Below are positions 31,350-40,859 of a stretch of 64,000 bases of DNA, in pieces. This stretch comes from Erysipelotrichaceae bacterium (GTDB lineage Bacteria > Bacillota_I > Bacilli_A > Erysipelotrichales > Erysipelotrichaceae). The stretch lies in assembly GCA_040266995.1 (NCBI GenBank), contig JAWRHV010000023.1, positions 47,922 through 111,921 on the forward strand. Reading direction: 5' to 3'. Under the pieces are notes generated by a model. That model did not search any database. It worked only from the letters and a program-made list of their open reading frames with translations, and was not told the origin of the DNA. The translations under genes and the position numbers were made by a program. The stretch's first letter is position 1. Every line of letters begins with the position of its first letter.

Positions 31350-32651
31350 TTATTTGTTTTCTACGATATCTCCGTCATCAAACGGATCGCCACATTCCGG
31401 ACAGAATTTTGGCGGATTTTGCGGGTCATCCGGCTGCCAGCCACATTTGTCACAGCGGTACAAAGGCAGTCCGGCCGGTTTCGGTTTTCCACATTCTGTA
31501 CAGAATCTTCCCTGGTTGATTGCGCCACAGCTGCATGTCCATCCCTGTACCGGCGCCGGTTTCGGGTTTCCGCACTGGGCACAGAAGTTTCCTGTGTTTT
31601 CCGCGCCGCAGGAGCAAGTCCATGTGTCTGCAGCAGATTGTGTCGACTGGGCTGTCTGGTAAAGGCCGGCTGCATTCATGCCACCGGTCTGAGCAGCCAT
31701 GTTCATTCCCATAAAACCGGTCATCGCTCCATTTGGATTCTTGGCAGCTTCCCGCATCGCATCTGCCTGCGCACCGGCTAACTGGGCTGCGGCCATATTC
31801 GGATCGCGGTTGATGGCTGCTTTCTGCAGCTGCTTGATCAGTTCTTGATCTTCCTCCGGTAACGTTATAGAATTGATTGCGATGGATACAACTTCCAATC
31901 CACGCAGTTGCGCCCACTTATTTGTCAAAGACTGGTTCATGGCCTGGCAAAGTTCATCTACATGCCCTGTCAGCTCATATGGACGAATTTCCATGGCCGA
32001 TAACTTGGCAAAGGAAGGCTGCAGTCCACTGATAAATTCCGACTTTAGCTGACGGTCGATTTCCGAACGCTCATAGGTAGAAGAGACATTTCCACATACG
32101 TTTGTATAGAAAAGCAGCGGATCTTTTAAACGATAAGAATACACCCCGTTGCAACGGACAGATACATCGATATCCAGTCCGATATTCTTGTCAACGATCC
32201 GGAAAGGCACCGGTGTCGGTGTACCGAATTTATTATCAACAATTTCCTTGGTATTAAAATAATAGACTCTTTGATCTTTGGCAGCCTGCCCACCATAGGC
32301 GAAGCGCTTTCCGATTTCGTCAAAGGTCTTACGGATTCCATCGCCTAAAGAGCCCGTAAATATGCTCGGCTCCAGATCTGTACGATAGGTGAACTGTCCG
32401 GGTTCAGCGCAGACCTCCACAATCTTCCCTTGTTCGACGATGATCATACATTGTCCGTCGGCTACCACAATACCGGAGCCGTCCGAAATCACATTGTCAC
32501 TTCCTCTTGTGTTTGAAGAACGTCTGGACGTATGTTTTTGTCCTTTGGCCACCAATGTATCCACATCCAGGGCTTCACATACAAAATACTCTTTCCATTG
32601 ATCAGCTAATACACTGTTTACGGCACCAGCTGCTGCTCTTAATAATCCCAT
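31350..32651 (-). CDS. SPFH (band-7)-domain protein with three C-terminal zinc-ribbon modules
   Basis: 433 aa with an N-terminal SPFH-like domain. The C-terminus has WTCSCGAENTGNFCAQCGNPKP, WTCSCGAINQGRFCTECGKPKP and YRCDKCGW...FCPECGDP. Confidence 0.6.
   Translation of the reverse strand: MGLLRAAAGAVNSVLADQWKEYFVCEALDVDTLVAKGQKHTSRRSSNTRGSDNVISDGSGIVVADGQCMIIVEQGKIVEVCAEPGQFTYRTDLEPSIFTGSLGDGIRKTFDEIGKRFAYGGQAAKDQRVYYFNTKEIVDNKFGTPTPVPFRIVDKNIGLDIDVSVRCNGVYSYRLKDPLLFYTNVCGNVSSTYERSEIDRQLKSEFISGLQPSFAKLSAMEIRPYELTGHVDELCQAMNQSLTNKWAQLRGLEVVSIAINSITLPEEDQELIKQLQKAAINRDPNMAAAQLAGAQADAMREAAKNPNGAMTGFMGMNMAAQTGGMNAAGLYQTAQSTQSAADTWTCSCGAENTGNFCAQCGNPKPAPVQGWTCSCGAINQGRFCTECGKPKPAGLPLYRCDKCGWQPDDPQNPPKFCPECGDPFDDGDIVENK
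31475..31640 (-). repeat. imperfect tandem duplication of an ~81-bp unit encoding the zinc-ribbon module
   Basis: ccggtttcggttttccacattctgtacagaa... at 31475 recurs as ccggtttcgggtttccgcactgggcacagaag... at 31556. The period is 81 bp, which is 27 aa. Confidence 0.7.
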
Positions 32652-32685
32652 ACTCTACTCCTTTTAATTGTTTTTCTTCATTATA

Positions 32686-32710
32686 CATCAATCAACAAAA
32701 AAAGAGAGAA
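32686..32710 (-). terminator. intrinsic terminator after the PH-domain gene
   Basis: AGAGAGA-agca-TCTCTCT hairpin followed on the minus strand by UUUUUUUG. Confidence 0.6.
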
Positions 32711-32718
32711 GCATCTCT

Positions 32719-33129
32719 CTAAATTTGATCATCAAACCGATCGAAATCAAAATCCTCTGCCTCTTGATCCAACCCGTGATGATCCAGATTCTCTCTTGTA
32801 TATACGCGTTTCTTTTCTCGTTCTTTTTCAACAAACTGAGACAATTGTTCTTTCACCGCACGGCTTTTTTTCACATTCACCAGTTTGAAATCCTGTAAGG
32901 ATGAATCGCTGGAACAGATAGAAATGGTTCCCAAGCCAAAGATTCTCTGGATAAATCCCTGTGTCAAACCGATATCTTTGATACGGTACAGACGTACCTC
33001 ATCTTCTTTGACAGACAAAAAGCCGGTTTTAATGAACAGACGATCTTCACTTAAACTATATACAGTAAATGTCCAAGGCAGCCCGCACCATAAACGCTTA
33101 CGATCCTGCCATATAATATGATTTGCCAT
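32719..33129 (-). CDS. bacterial PH-domain protein (bPH_2/DUF304, YdbT-like)
   Basis: 136 aa with LPWTFTVYSLSEDRLFIKTGFLSVKEDEVRLYRIKDIGLTQGFIQRIFGLGTI, a typical bPH_2 fold signature. Confidence 0.7.
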   Translation of the reverse strand: MANHIIWQDRKRLWCGLPWTFTVYSLSEDRLFIKTGFLSVKEDEVRLYRIKDIGLTQGFIQRIFGLGTISICSSDSSLQDFKLVNVKKSRAVKEQLSQFVEKEREKKRVYTRENLDHHGLDQEAEDFDFDRFDDQI

Positions 33130-33176
33130 AGGAATGCCTCCCTTTCTCTAAAGATATGATACTTCGCTTTCAAGTT

Positions 33177-34583
33177 TTATTCCAGTATTCTTTCCAACAG
33201 TCCGGTTGATTCCAAGAACAGAATAAACATCATGACCGGTGCGATATAACGGATCATAACCGTATACAGTTTTTTCCGTCCGAAGCGATGACCGCTTTTC
33301 TCCATTTCATCAATGATCCATTGTGGTTTGACGATCCAGCCGATCAGAATACAGGACAATAAAGAGATGACTGGCATCATAAAGCTGTTGCTGATATAAT
33401 CCATCACATCCAGAAGCTGCCCGATATTACCGGTCGGCAAAGGAATCTCCACATAAAACAGACTATATCCTAGGGCAATCACAACCGAGGCCACGCAATA
33501 AAACACGGACAAGAAAACAGTCGTCTTCTTTCTTGATGTATGGAACAGTTCCATACAGTTGGCAACAATCGATTCCAGTACCGAAATACAGGATGTCAAT
33601 GCCGCAAAGGCCGCCATCAGGAAGAAAGCGGTACCGACGATCATTCCGATTGGCCCCATCGCATCAAACACCTTCGGTAACGAGATAAACATCAAACTTG
33701 GACCACTTCCCATGCCCTCCATGCCGGAAAACACGTAAATGGATGGAATGATCATCATTCCGGCCAAAAAGGCCACAAGCGTATCAAAGACCTCGATTTG
33801 TCCAACGGCCTGGTTCAGATTCACATCGTCCTTGACATAGGAGCCATACGTAATCATGATGCCCATCGAAACGCTCAAAGAAAAGAACAACTGGCTCATC
33901 GCATCCAGCAGAACCTGCATAAACCGACTGAGTGTCAGACCTTCCAGATTGGGCGTCAGATAAAACTGCAGTCCCTGTATGCCCGTACGCAGATGTCCCT
34001 GCCCATCGGTATGGGTCAGAGTCAAAGAATAGATCGCAATCGCCACGATCATTACCAGAAGAACAGGCATAACAATTTTCGAACATTTCTCAATGCCGCT
34101 TTCTACCCCGTTATAAACGATAAAAGCCGTCAGGAGCATAAAGAACAGAGAAAAAAACACAGGGGCCTGCGGCGATGTGATAAATTGCGTGAAATAGCCA
34201 TCCGAAGCCGCTAAATGACCTTGCCCGGTTATAAATACGATGAAATATTTTGTGATCCAGCCTCCGATTACAGCATAATACGTCATGATCAACACAGGGA
34301 CAAAGAACGTCAGAATACCGAGAAAACGCCATTTTTTCCGCATTTGCTCATATGCGTAGATAGCGCTTTTTTTCGTTTTCCGTCCGATGGCGATATCCGA
34401 TGTCAATAATGTAAAACCGAAAGTAAGGATCAAGATCAGATAGACAAGCAGGAATAAGCCCCCACCATCTTTGGCGGCCAAATAAGGAAACCGCCAGAGA
34501 TTTCCTACACCGACTGCACTGCCGGCTGCAGCTAACACAAAACCGATTTGTCCGCTGAAACTGCTCCCGTTTTTTGTTTCCAT
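33177..34583 (-). CDS. sodium-dependent transporter, NSS (SNF) family
   Basis: 468 aa with the NSS signature GFVLAAAGSAVGVGNLWRFPYLA near the N-terminus. Confidence 0.9.
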   Translation of the reverse strand: METKNGSSFSGQIGFVLAAAGSAVGVGNLWRFPYLAAKDGGGLFLLVYLILILTFGFTLLTSDIAIGRKTKKSAIYAYEQMRKKWRFLGILTFFVPVLIMTYYAVIGGWITKYFIVFITGQGHLAASDGYFTQFITSPQAPVFFSLFFMLLTAFIVYNGVESGIEKCSKIVMPVLLVMIVAIAIYSLTLTHTDGQGHLRTGIQGLQFYLTPNLEGLTLSRFMQVLLDAMSQLFFSLSVSMGIMITYGSYVKDDVNLNQAVGQIEVFDTLVAFLAGMMIIPSIYVFSGMEGMGSGPSLMFISLPKVFDAMGPIGMIVGTAFFLMAAFAALTSCISVLESIVANCMELFHTSRKKTTVFLSVFYCVASVVIALGYSLFYVEIPLPTGNIGQLLDVMDYISNSFMMPVISLLSCILIGWIVKPQWIIDEMEKSGHRFGRKKLYTVMIRYIAPVMMFILFLESTGLLERILE

Positions 34584-34595
34584 ATATTATCTCCT

Positions 34596-34632
34596 AAAAA
34601 AATGGCAAAATATAAAACCTTATATTTTGCCA
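34596..34632 (-). terminator. strong intrinsic terminator after the C11 peptidase gene and immediately before the NSS RBS
   Basis: A perfect 13-bp stem TGGCAAAATATAA-aacc-TTATATTTTGCCA followed on the minus strand by UUUUUUU, then AGGAGAU and the NSS ATG. Confidence 0.8.
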
Positions 34633-34642
34633 ATGTACTTTG

Positions 34643-34671
34643 ATTTTACCCGATATATACCTTGATTTCAA
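34643..34671 (-). promoter_or_regulatory. candidate sigma-A promoter (TTGAAA-17-TAAAAT) between the C11 stop and the terminator
   Basis: On the minus strand, -35 TTGAAA lies at 34671-34666 and -10 TAAAAT at 34648-34643, with a 17-nt spacer. Confidence 0.35.
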
Positions 34672-34674
34672 TTT

Positions 34675-37002
34675 CTATTTCATAATGGCTTCCGAATAGT
34701 GTGTCTGATTATAGGTATCGGTAAAACGATATACGATCTTCACCTTACCCTTTCCAACATCAATATTCCGGATCTTCATATCCTTTGTAACGGTCAAAGG
34801 CTCATCCAGCAGATAGCTGTTTTCATATTCCCCATCGTATGTATAGTAATCACAGACAAATTCCAGGGTGTCTCCTTCCTCCAGCTGAGTCAATGATTTT
34901 GCCACCGTTTCGGTTTCACCGTCGATATAATCTGTCGTCGCCCCGGCAATTATACCATCCGGATTTTCATTGGTGAATACTAGAATCAGATTGACACGCG
35001 TACCGTTTAAAAGAGCCGGTACATAGCCTGTAATCGTGTAATTGTCGCCATCTTCCTGGGTATCCGTATGATAATAGGCAACCACTCTTCCATTGATGGA
35101 TAACCAGGTACGATCTGTCACCGCAATCAGATTACCCTCGTCATCAAAGTCGTAGTTGTTGTCTAGTCCCAGATCCACATATCCGGTTCCATCATCATAA
35201 TACAAGCTCTGATCGACGGTCTGCACCATTTCCCATTGCTCTTCCGTCAAGGATAATTTATACGTTCCATCCTCTTCCTTCCACGTTAACTGGGAATCGT
35301 CGATATGATGTTTATCGACAAAATCGGTAATCTCTTCATTGGTGATGGACCGTCCGGATAGGAAGTTCGTATTCGAGCTGTTCAGACCATTAACAGAACT
35401 GTAATTGCCCCCACCGAGGAACAGATTCAGCAGTTCCATCATCGCTTCGGAATCGGAATTCGAAGTGGACTGTTGACTTCCACCTAACAGATTCAACAAG
35501 TTCTGGGAAGAACCGGACTGCGAGGAGTAAGCTTGTCCGCCGGCTTCCACACTGGCAAATTCCTGAATACATTTCGCATATTCTTCGTCCATGCCAATTT
35601 TTGAATACGTATCCACAACCGTATCCACACTGGAAATGCGGTCATACGGGAAAAAGATGGATAATCCGTAGGAATTGGTCATGTTCGAGGAAGTTCGGTT
35701 GTATTTTACGGCCCCCTTGACCGCCTCCGAAAGTGCTTTTCCTTCTTCCGTATTCATTTTGTCAGCCAGATCCACCAGGTCGACCTGATCAATACGCTGG
35801 CTGGTCGCAAAGGTCCGGCACTGGTTTCGTGCCTGGGAGACCGTACTGTATTCCTTGGCCTTGATTTTTGTGGAAATCGATTTAGCAAACGCATTTAACT
35901 TATCCGGTACGGTATTCTGCAATTCCGCCAGATCCACTAAAGCCAGGGTTGTTTTCTGTCCCGGACAACGCGATCCGCATTTCGTTACAAAATCATCGCA
36001 GATCTGTTTTCCTATATCCAGTGTTTTCATCGATGTGTTGTTGGAAAGCTTTGTTAACCAGTCCGTATAATACCAACCGATGCCCGGTTCAGTTTCTTCG
36101 GATCCAATCAGATAATCCGCATAATTTGCCAGCATACTGGCCGTTTCGACCGTTCCCATCAAACAGGCATCAAATCCAATAAAGTCAAAGTTGACATTTG
36201 CGTTATCCAGAGCCTGATTGATTTCACTGAGATCCATGGAGCCGCTGGACCGGTACTTTTCATCATACCCAAATCCGCTGATCGAGCCGCCACCATGATC
36301 CCACAGGATCAGTTCATAACGATTCGCTTTATAATTCTTGGCACACCATTTGATAAAAGACGTCAACGTGGTTGGATCGGTCATGGATTTACGACCGTCA
36401 TCGGCAACGACCCGTGCCATCTTACCATCCTTGATCTGATAGATCTGGTTCACGCTGGAGCTGACAACATTATTATTCCATCGTGCGCATCCGCCGGTAT
36501 ATACCAGCAGGTTCACATTATCGCCAATCGTCGCCGCCAGCATTTCCTGCAGATCGCTGGTTGCCATGCGGCTTCGGGATTCCAGATCGGTACCGCACAT
36601 ATATACCATGATCGTGACTGTATCCTGGCCATCTCCCATCAGTTTGGTGCGCTTTGCCCGCGATCCCTTGGCAACCGTGGTATCCAGTTTCGCGACATTG
36701 GAATCTGTCCACTGGCCATAGGTATTCGATGTCTGGTATGAATACTGTGACTGGCCAGAACCGCCACCAGTGGAAGGGGCCCCGCCAAACAAGCTGGAAA
36801 GACTGACGCCGCCCCCCATCAGCAGCATCAACAAGATGACCAGAATGCCTCCAAAACCTCCACGCGTTCCGGATCGTTTCGGGCCGGATCCTCCCGGACC
36901 GACCGGTCCGCTGTTCAAGCCGGATCCACGTCGATGCACATTTCCTTGCACGCTATGATCTACATGTGTTTCTCTTCTTCGTGGTCTTCTCTTATTATCC
37001 AT
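34675..37002 (-). CDS. clostripain-family (C11) cysteine peptidase, membrane-anchored
   Basis: 775 aa. An Arg/Gly-rich N-terminal tail is followed by a single transmembrane helix (ILVILLMLLMGGGV). The catalytic dyad context is ILWDHGGG (His) and GFDACLMG (Cys), together with IMVYMCGTDLES. Confidence 0.8.
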   Translation of the reverse strand: MDNKRRPRRRETHVDHSVQGNVHRRGSGLNSGPVGPGGSGPKRSGTRGGFGGILVILLMLLMGGGVSLSSLFGGAPSTGGGSGQSQYSYQTSNTYGQWTDSNVAKLDTTVAKGSRAKRTKLMGDGQDTVTIMVYMCGTDLESRSRMATSDLQEMLAATIGDNVNLLVYTGGCARWNNNVVSSSVNQIYQIKDGKMARVVADDGRKSMTDPTTLTSFIKWCAKNYKANRYELILWDHGGGSISGFGYDEKYRSSGSMDLSEINQALDNANVNFDFIGFDACLMGTVETASMLANYADYLIGSEETEPGIGWYYTDWLTKLSNNTSMKTLDIGKQICDDFVTKCGSRCPGQKTTLALVDLAELQNTVPDKLNAFAKSISTKIKAKEYSTVSQARNQCRTFATSQRIDQVDLVDLADKMNTEEGKALSEAVKGAVKYNRTSSNMTNSYGLSIFFPYDRISSVDTVVDTYSKIGMDEEYAKCIQEFASVEAGGQAYSSQSGSSQNLLNLLGGSQQSTSNSDSEAMMELLNLFLGGGNYSSVNGLNSSNTNFLSGRSITNEEITDFVDKHHIDDSQLTWKEEDGTYKLSLTEEQWEMVQTVDQSLYYDDGTGYVDLGLDNNYDFDDEGNLIAVTDRTWLSINGRVVAYYHTDTQEDGDNYTITGYVPALLNGTRVNLILVFTNENPDGIIAGATTDYIDGETETVAKSLTQLEEGDTLEFVCDYYTYDGEYENSYLLDEPLTVTKDMKIRNIDVGKGKVKIVYRFTDTYNQTHYSEAIMK

Positions 37003-37086
37003 AACTCTGTCCTCACTCTATTTGTTCTTTTCATCTATTCTAACATATTTTGCGTTGGCCGTAACTTTTATGATACCCTTAATAAC

Positions 37087-39600
37087 ATGAAAAGAATCGT
37101 TACCGGAATACTAGCCCATGTCGATGCTGGAAAAACCACATGCATCGAAAGTATGTTATACAATGCCGGCAAGCTTCGAATGATGGGAAGAGTCGATCAC
37201 AAGGATGCTTATCTGGACTATGACAGCCAGGAACGGGATCGGGGCATCACCATTTACTCAAAGGAAGCCAATTATACTTGGAAAGATGCGGAAATCTATC
37301 TAATCGATACCCCGGGCCACGTAGACTTTTCCAGTGAGATGGAACGAAGTCTGCAGATCCTGGATCTGGCCATCTTGTTGATCAACGGGATGGACGGGGT
37401 ACAAAGCTATACGGAAACCATCTGGAAATGTCTGCAGCACTATCATGTGCCTACGTTGATCTTCATCAATAAAATGGATATTACCTACATGGAAAAAGAA
37501 CAGCTGCTCCATGACCTGCAGACAAAATGCTCATCCAATTGTATTGCGTTCAATCAGACAGATACGATGGAACAGCTTGCGTTGGTCAATGAGCCCATGT
37601 TAAACCAGTTTATGGAAACAGGTGACATTTCCTTGTCGATGATCCAGGAAGCCGTCCTGAAACGTGAATGTTTTCCTTGTTTCTTCGGCTCCGCTTTAAA
37701 AAATAACGGGATCACCGACTTGATGGATGCTATTGTGACCTGTTCCTTCCAAAGAGAATACCCGAAAGAATTTGCGGCCAGAGCCTATAAGATCTCCACC
37801 GATGCCCAGGGTAACCGTCTGACCCATATGAAGATCACCGGTGGCAGCCTGGCAGCCAAACAGAAGATCAACGATGAAGAAAAGGTCGATCAGATCTGGA
37901 TCTATAACGGGCCGGATCGGCAGGCTGTTCAACAAGTGCAGGCAGGCATGGTCTGTGCGGTAAAAGGGTTGCATTCCATCCAGGCCGGACAGCCGTTAGG
38001 CGCGGAAACAGACACCACAAAACCGGTTTTAAGTGCGTGTTTGCGTTACCAGCTTTTGCTTCCGGAAGGCGTCGATGCTCTGGAGATGATGCAAACCTGC
38101 CGCCAGCTGGCGGCCGAGGATCCACAGCTGCAAATTGAATTTGACGAGCAAAGTAAAAAGATCCACATTCAGCTGATGGGTGCCATTCAGATGGAAGTCC
38201 TTCAGAATCAGATTTATCAACGCTCCAAAGTACACGTTGGTTTTCAAAGCGGACAGGTCCTTTATCGAGAAACGATTGCCAAGCCTGTACTCGGTATCGG
38301 TCATTTTGAACCCTTGCGTCATTATGCCGAGGTTCTTCTTCAGCTGGAACCTTTACCTGCGGGAAGCGGCCTTGTCTTTGAAAGCCAATGCTCCCAGGAC
38401 CAGCTGGCGTTAAACTGGCAGCGCTTGATCCTGACCCATCTTCAAGAACGCACCCATAAGGGTGTATTGACCGGATCTCCGATTACGGATATGAAGATCA
38501 CTCTATTGGCGGGGATAGCCCATGTGAAGCATACCGAAGGGGGCGACTTTCGTCAGGCCACCTACCGGGCAGTCCGCCAAGGCTTAAAAAAAGCCGAAAG
38601 TGTATTATTGGAACCGTATTATGCCTTTACGATCCAGGTTCCCCAGGACAGCCTGAGCCGCACGTTATACGATCTGGATTGCCGGCATGCCACCGTCCAG
38701 ATCGAGCAACAGGATCGCGATTATGTCGAAATTACCGGAAAAGGTCCGGTCCGACGGATGGCGAATTATCAAAAGGAATTGATTTCCTTTACCCGGGGAC
38801 TGGGTAAGTACAGCTGTACTGTCGACGGTTACTTTCCTTGTGCCGATCAAGACGAAATCGTCCGTCAGATCGGTTATGACAGTGAACATGACCTTCGCAA
38901 TCCAACGGGTTCGGTCTTTTGTTCCCATGGTTCGCGTTTCTATGTTCCCTATGATCAGGTAGAGGACTATATGCATATCCAATGGAAGCAGCCGAAAGCG
39001 CCTTCCTCTTTGTCCAGCCGGAAATATACGATCCAGGAGGAAGAGATGAAGCGCATCTTCCAGAATGCCGGCGGCAGAAACCGCAACGAAAAAAAAGTGA
39101 CACCGAAGCCAAAAAAGAAAATCGATATGGAGCCCCAATCGGTACAGATCCAGGCGCCAAAGCCAAACTGTTTGATCGTTGACGGTTACAATATGCTCTA
39201 TTCCTGGACTTCCTTCCAAGAATCGGTACGAACCAGTTTCAGCTCCGCCCGCGATCAGCTGATCGATATGATCATCAACTATCAAGGATATAGAGGGTAT
39301 GTTCTATACCTTGTCTTTGATGCTTACCGTGTTAAGGACAATGCCGGAAAAACGTATCGCAGAGGCAACACAAATATCATTTACACCAAAACCAATCAGA
39401 CAGCCGATGACTATATTGAACGTCTTGTGCATGATCTGAAAAAGAAGTATCGGTTGATTGTCGCTACCAGTGACGGTCTGATCCAGAATGCTGTGTTAGC
39501 CAACGGCGGGCAAAGAATGTCCAGCCGGGAACTGGAAAATGCCGTCCGCAATGTAAATACACTGGCTCTATCCCACGGAAAAAAAGGTGGTTCGTTTTAA
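37087..39600 (+). CDS. TetM/TetO-like translational GTPase fused to a C-terminal Rae1/YacP-type NYN ribonuclease domain
   Basis: The G motifs are AHVDAGKTT, RGITI, DTPGH and NKMD. The body is TetM-like (CFPCFFGSALKNNGITDLMDAIV). After a Lys/Pro linker comes CLIVDGYNMLYSW...LVFDAYRVKDN...IIYTKTNQTADDYIERL...LIVATSD, which matches the YacP/Rae1 NYN fold. It is one uninterrupted reading frame. I started it at MKRIVTG, not at the 51-aa upstream extension. Confidence 0.8.
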   Translation: MKRIVTGILAHVDAGKTTCIESMLYNAGKLRMMGRVDHKDAYLDYDSQERDRGITIYSKEANYTWKDAEIYLIDTPGHVDFSSEMERSLQILDLAILLINGMDGVQSYTETIWKCLQHYHVPTLIFINKMDITYMEKEQLLHDLQTKCSSNCIAFNQTDTMEQLALVNEPMLNQFMETGDISLSMIQEAVLKRECFPCFFGSALKNNGITDLMDAIVTCSFQREYPKEFAARAYKISTDAQGNRLTHMKITGGSLAAKQKINDEEKVDQIWIYNGPDRQAVQQVQAGMVCAVKGLHSIQAGQPLGAETDTTKPVLSACLRYQLLLPEGVDALEMMQTCRQLAAEDPQLQIEFDEQSKKIHIQLMGAIQMEVLQNQIYQRSKVHVGFQSGQVLYRETIAKPVLGIGHFEPLRHYAEVLLQLEPLPAGSGLVFESQCSQDQLALNWQRLILTHLQERTHKGVLTGSPITDMKITLLAGIAHVKHTEGGDFRQATYRAVRQGLKKAESVLLEPYYAFTIQVPQDSLSRTLYDLDCRHATVQIEQQDRDYVEITGKGPVRRMANYQKELISFTRGLGKYSCTVDGYFPCADQDEIVRQIGYDSEHDLRNPTGSVFCSHGSRFYVPYDQVEDYMHIQWKQPKAPSSLSSRKYTIQEEEMKRIFQNAGGRNRNEKKVTPKPKKKIDMEPQSVQIQAPKPNCLIVDGYNMLYSWTSFQESVRTSFSSARDQLIDMIINYQGYRGYVLYLVFDAYRVKDNAGKTYRRGNTNIIYTKTNQTADDYIERLVHDLKKKYRLIVATSDGLIQNAVLANGGQRMSSRELENAVRNVNTLALSHGKKGGSF

Positions 39601-39610
39601 ACGAATCACC

Positions 39611-40798
39611 TTATTCTTTTACGATTTCAACACCATCCGGATTTCCGACGATCGAAGTGAAATAATCGGCAATCCATTGTTTGGTCATATCTTCACCCTT
39701 TGTGACTGTACAATAATGGCTGGCTGCCAGATCATCGGTCCACTGCTCGATCGTATAGACTTTATAATTCTGATAATTGGCATCATACCAGGTTATCGTC
39801 GGCGTAAACTTAACATCGGAAAAGCTTGTTTCCTTGGTCCTGAAATTATAGGACAAGCAGAAACTCGGCATACCCCCGACCATATTTTCGTTGTGATCCT
39901 GCGAGCTCAGGAAATTGCCGACCGAATAATAGCACAACGTATCCTGGTTTTGACCATGAATGATTTCTACCGGCTGGACCACATGCGGATGGCCGCCAAT
40001 GATAACCTCCACACCCAGTTCATTTAACAGTTCGGCATAATATTTCTGTTCTTCGTTCGGTATGGTTTCATACTCTACGCCCCAGTGCATCGATACGATC
40101 TGGATATCGCTGACTTCTTTCAGTTTTTCCATGTCGCTTCGGATCTTGTCTTCCTCAATCAGATTAATCAGCCATTCATAGCCTTCCGGTAGTTCAAATC
40201 CATTGAGCCCGTATGTATAACTGGCCAGACCGACCCGGATCCCGTTCATCTCCACGACCGTCGGGATCTCTGATTCCTCTTTCGAAGTATAAGAACCTGT
40301 GACCGTCAGCTGCGGATCGTGCTCCTTGATATAGTTCAGATTTGCCAGGACACCTTGGACACCCCGGTCAAATGTATGATTGGAGCATAAAGATAACCAG
40401 TTAAACCCGGCATGCGCAATGGAATCGTTAAATTCAGTCGGTCCGTTAAAGACCGGATAGCCGCTGTATTCAAGTTCCTGGCCGGCACAGATCGTCTCAT
40501 AGTTGATATAGTTCAAATCACTTTTTTCTGTATACTCCTTGATGGGATCGTAAATATCGTCATAGTTGCCATCTTCATCATACGCGAAGATCACATCGTG
40601 TAAAAGATTATCCCCTACCCCCATAAAACGGAAGGAGCCGATTTGGTCTTGTTCTGCTGCGGTTTCCTCCTTCTTTTCTTTTTTCTCTTTTACTACGGGT
40701 TTCTCTTCTTTTTCCAGATGTGTATAAATCAGATAACCATCCAGGCCGATACACGCGATCAAGAGAACACTGAGTATACCTATCAGTACTTTCTTCAT
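39611..40798 (-). CDS. CapA-family metallophosphoesterase (PGA_cap)
   Basis: 395 aa with a signal/TM N-terminus, a Lys/Glu linker, then FMGVGDNLLHD and the GGHPHV motif typical of CapA. Confidence 0.75.
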   Translation of the reverse strand: MKKVLIGILSVLLIACIGLDGYLIYTHLEKEEKPVVKEKKEKKEETAAEQDQIGSFRFMGVGDNLLHDVIFAYDEDGNYDDIYDPIKEYTEKSDLNYINYETICAGQELEYSGYPVFNGPTEFNDSIAHAGFNWLSLCSNHTFDRGVQGVLANLNYIKEHDPQLTVTGSYTSKEESEIPTVVEMNGIRVGLASYTYGLNGFELPEGYEWLINLIEEDKIRSDMEKLKEVSDIQIVSMHWGVEYETIPNEEQKYYAELLNELGVEVIIGGHPHVVQPVEIIHGQNQDTLCYYSVGNFLSSQDHNENMVGGMPSFCLSYNFRTKETSFSDVKFTPTITWYDANYQNYKVYTIEQWTDDLAASHYCTVTKGEDMTKQWIADYFTSIVGNPDGVEIVKE

Positions 40799-40859
40799 AG
40801 TTTTAAGGTATCATAGCTTACTCGTTCGAACAAACTGAAAGTTCGGTATTTTCTTTTTT

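Noticed and set aside
36934-37086. 51-aa N-terminal extension of the GTPase-NYN ORF (MHISLHAMIY...)
   Set aside because: It overlaps the divergent C11 gene start, is hydrophobic and is not GTPase-like. The G1 motif begins right after MKRIVTG, which matches the TetM N-terminus.
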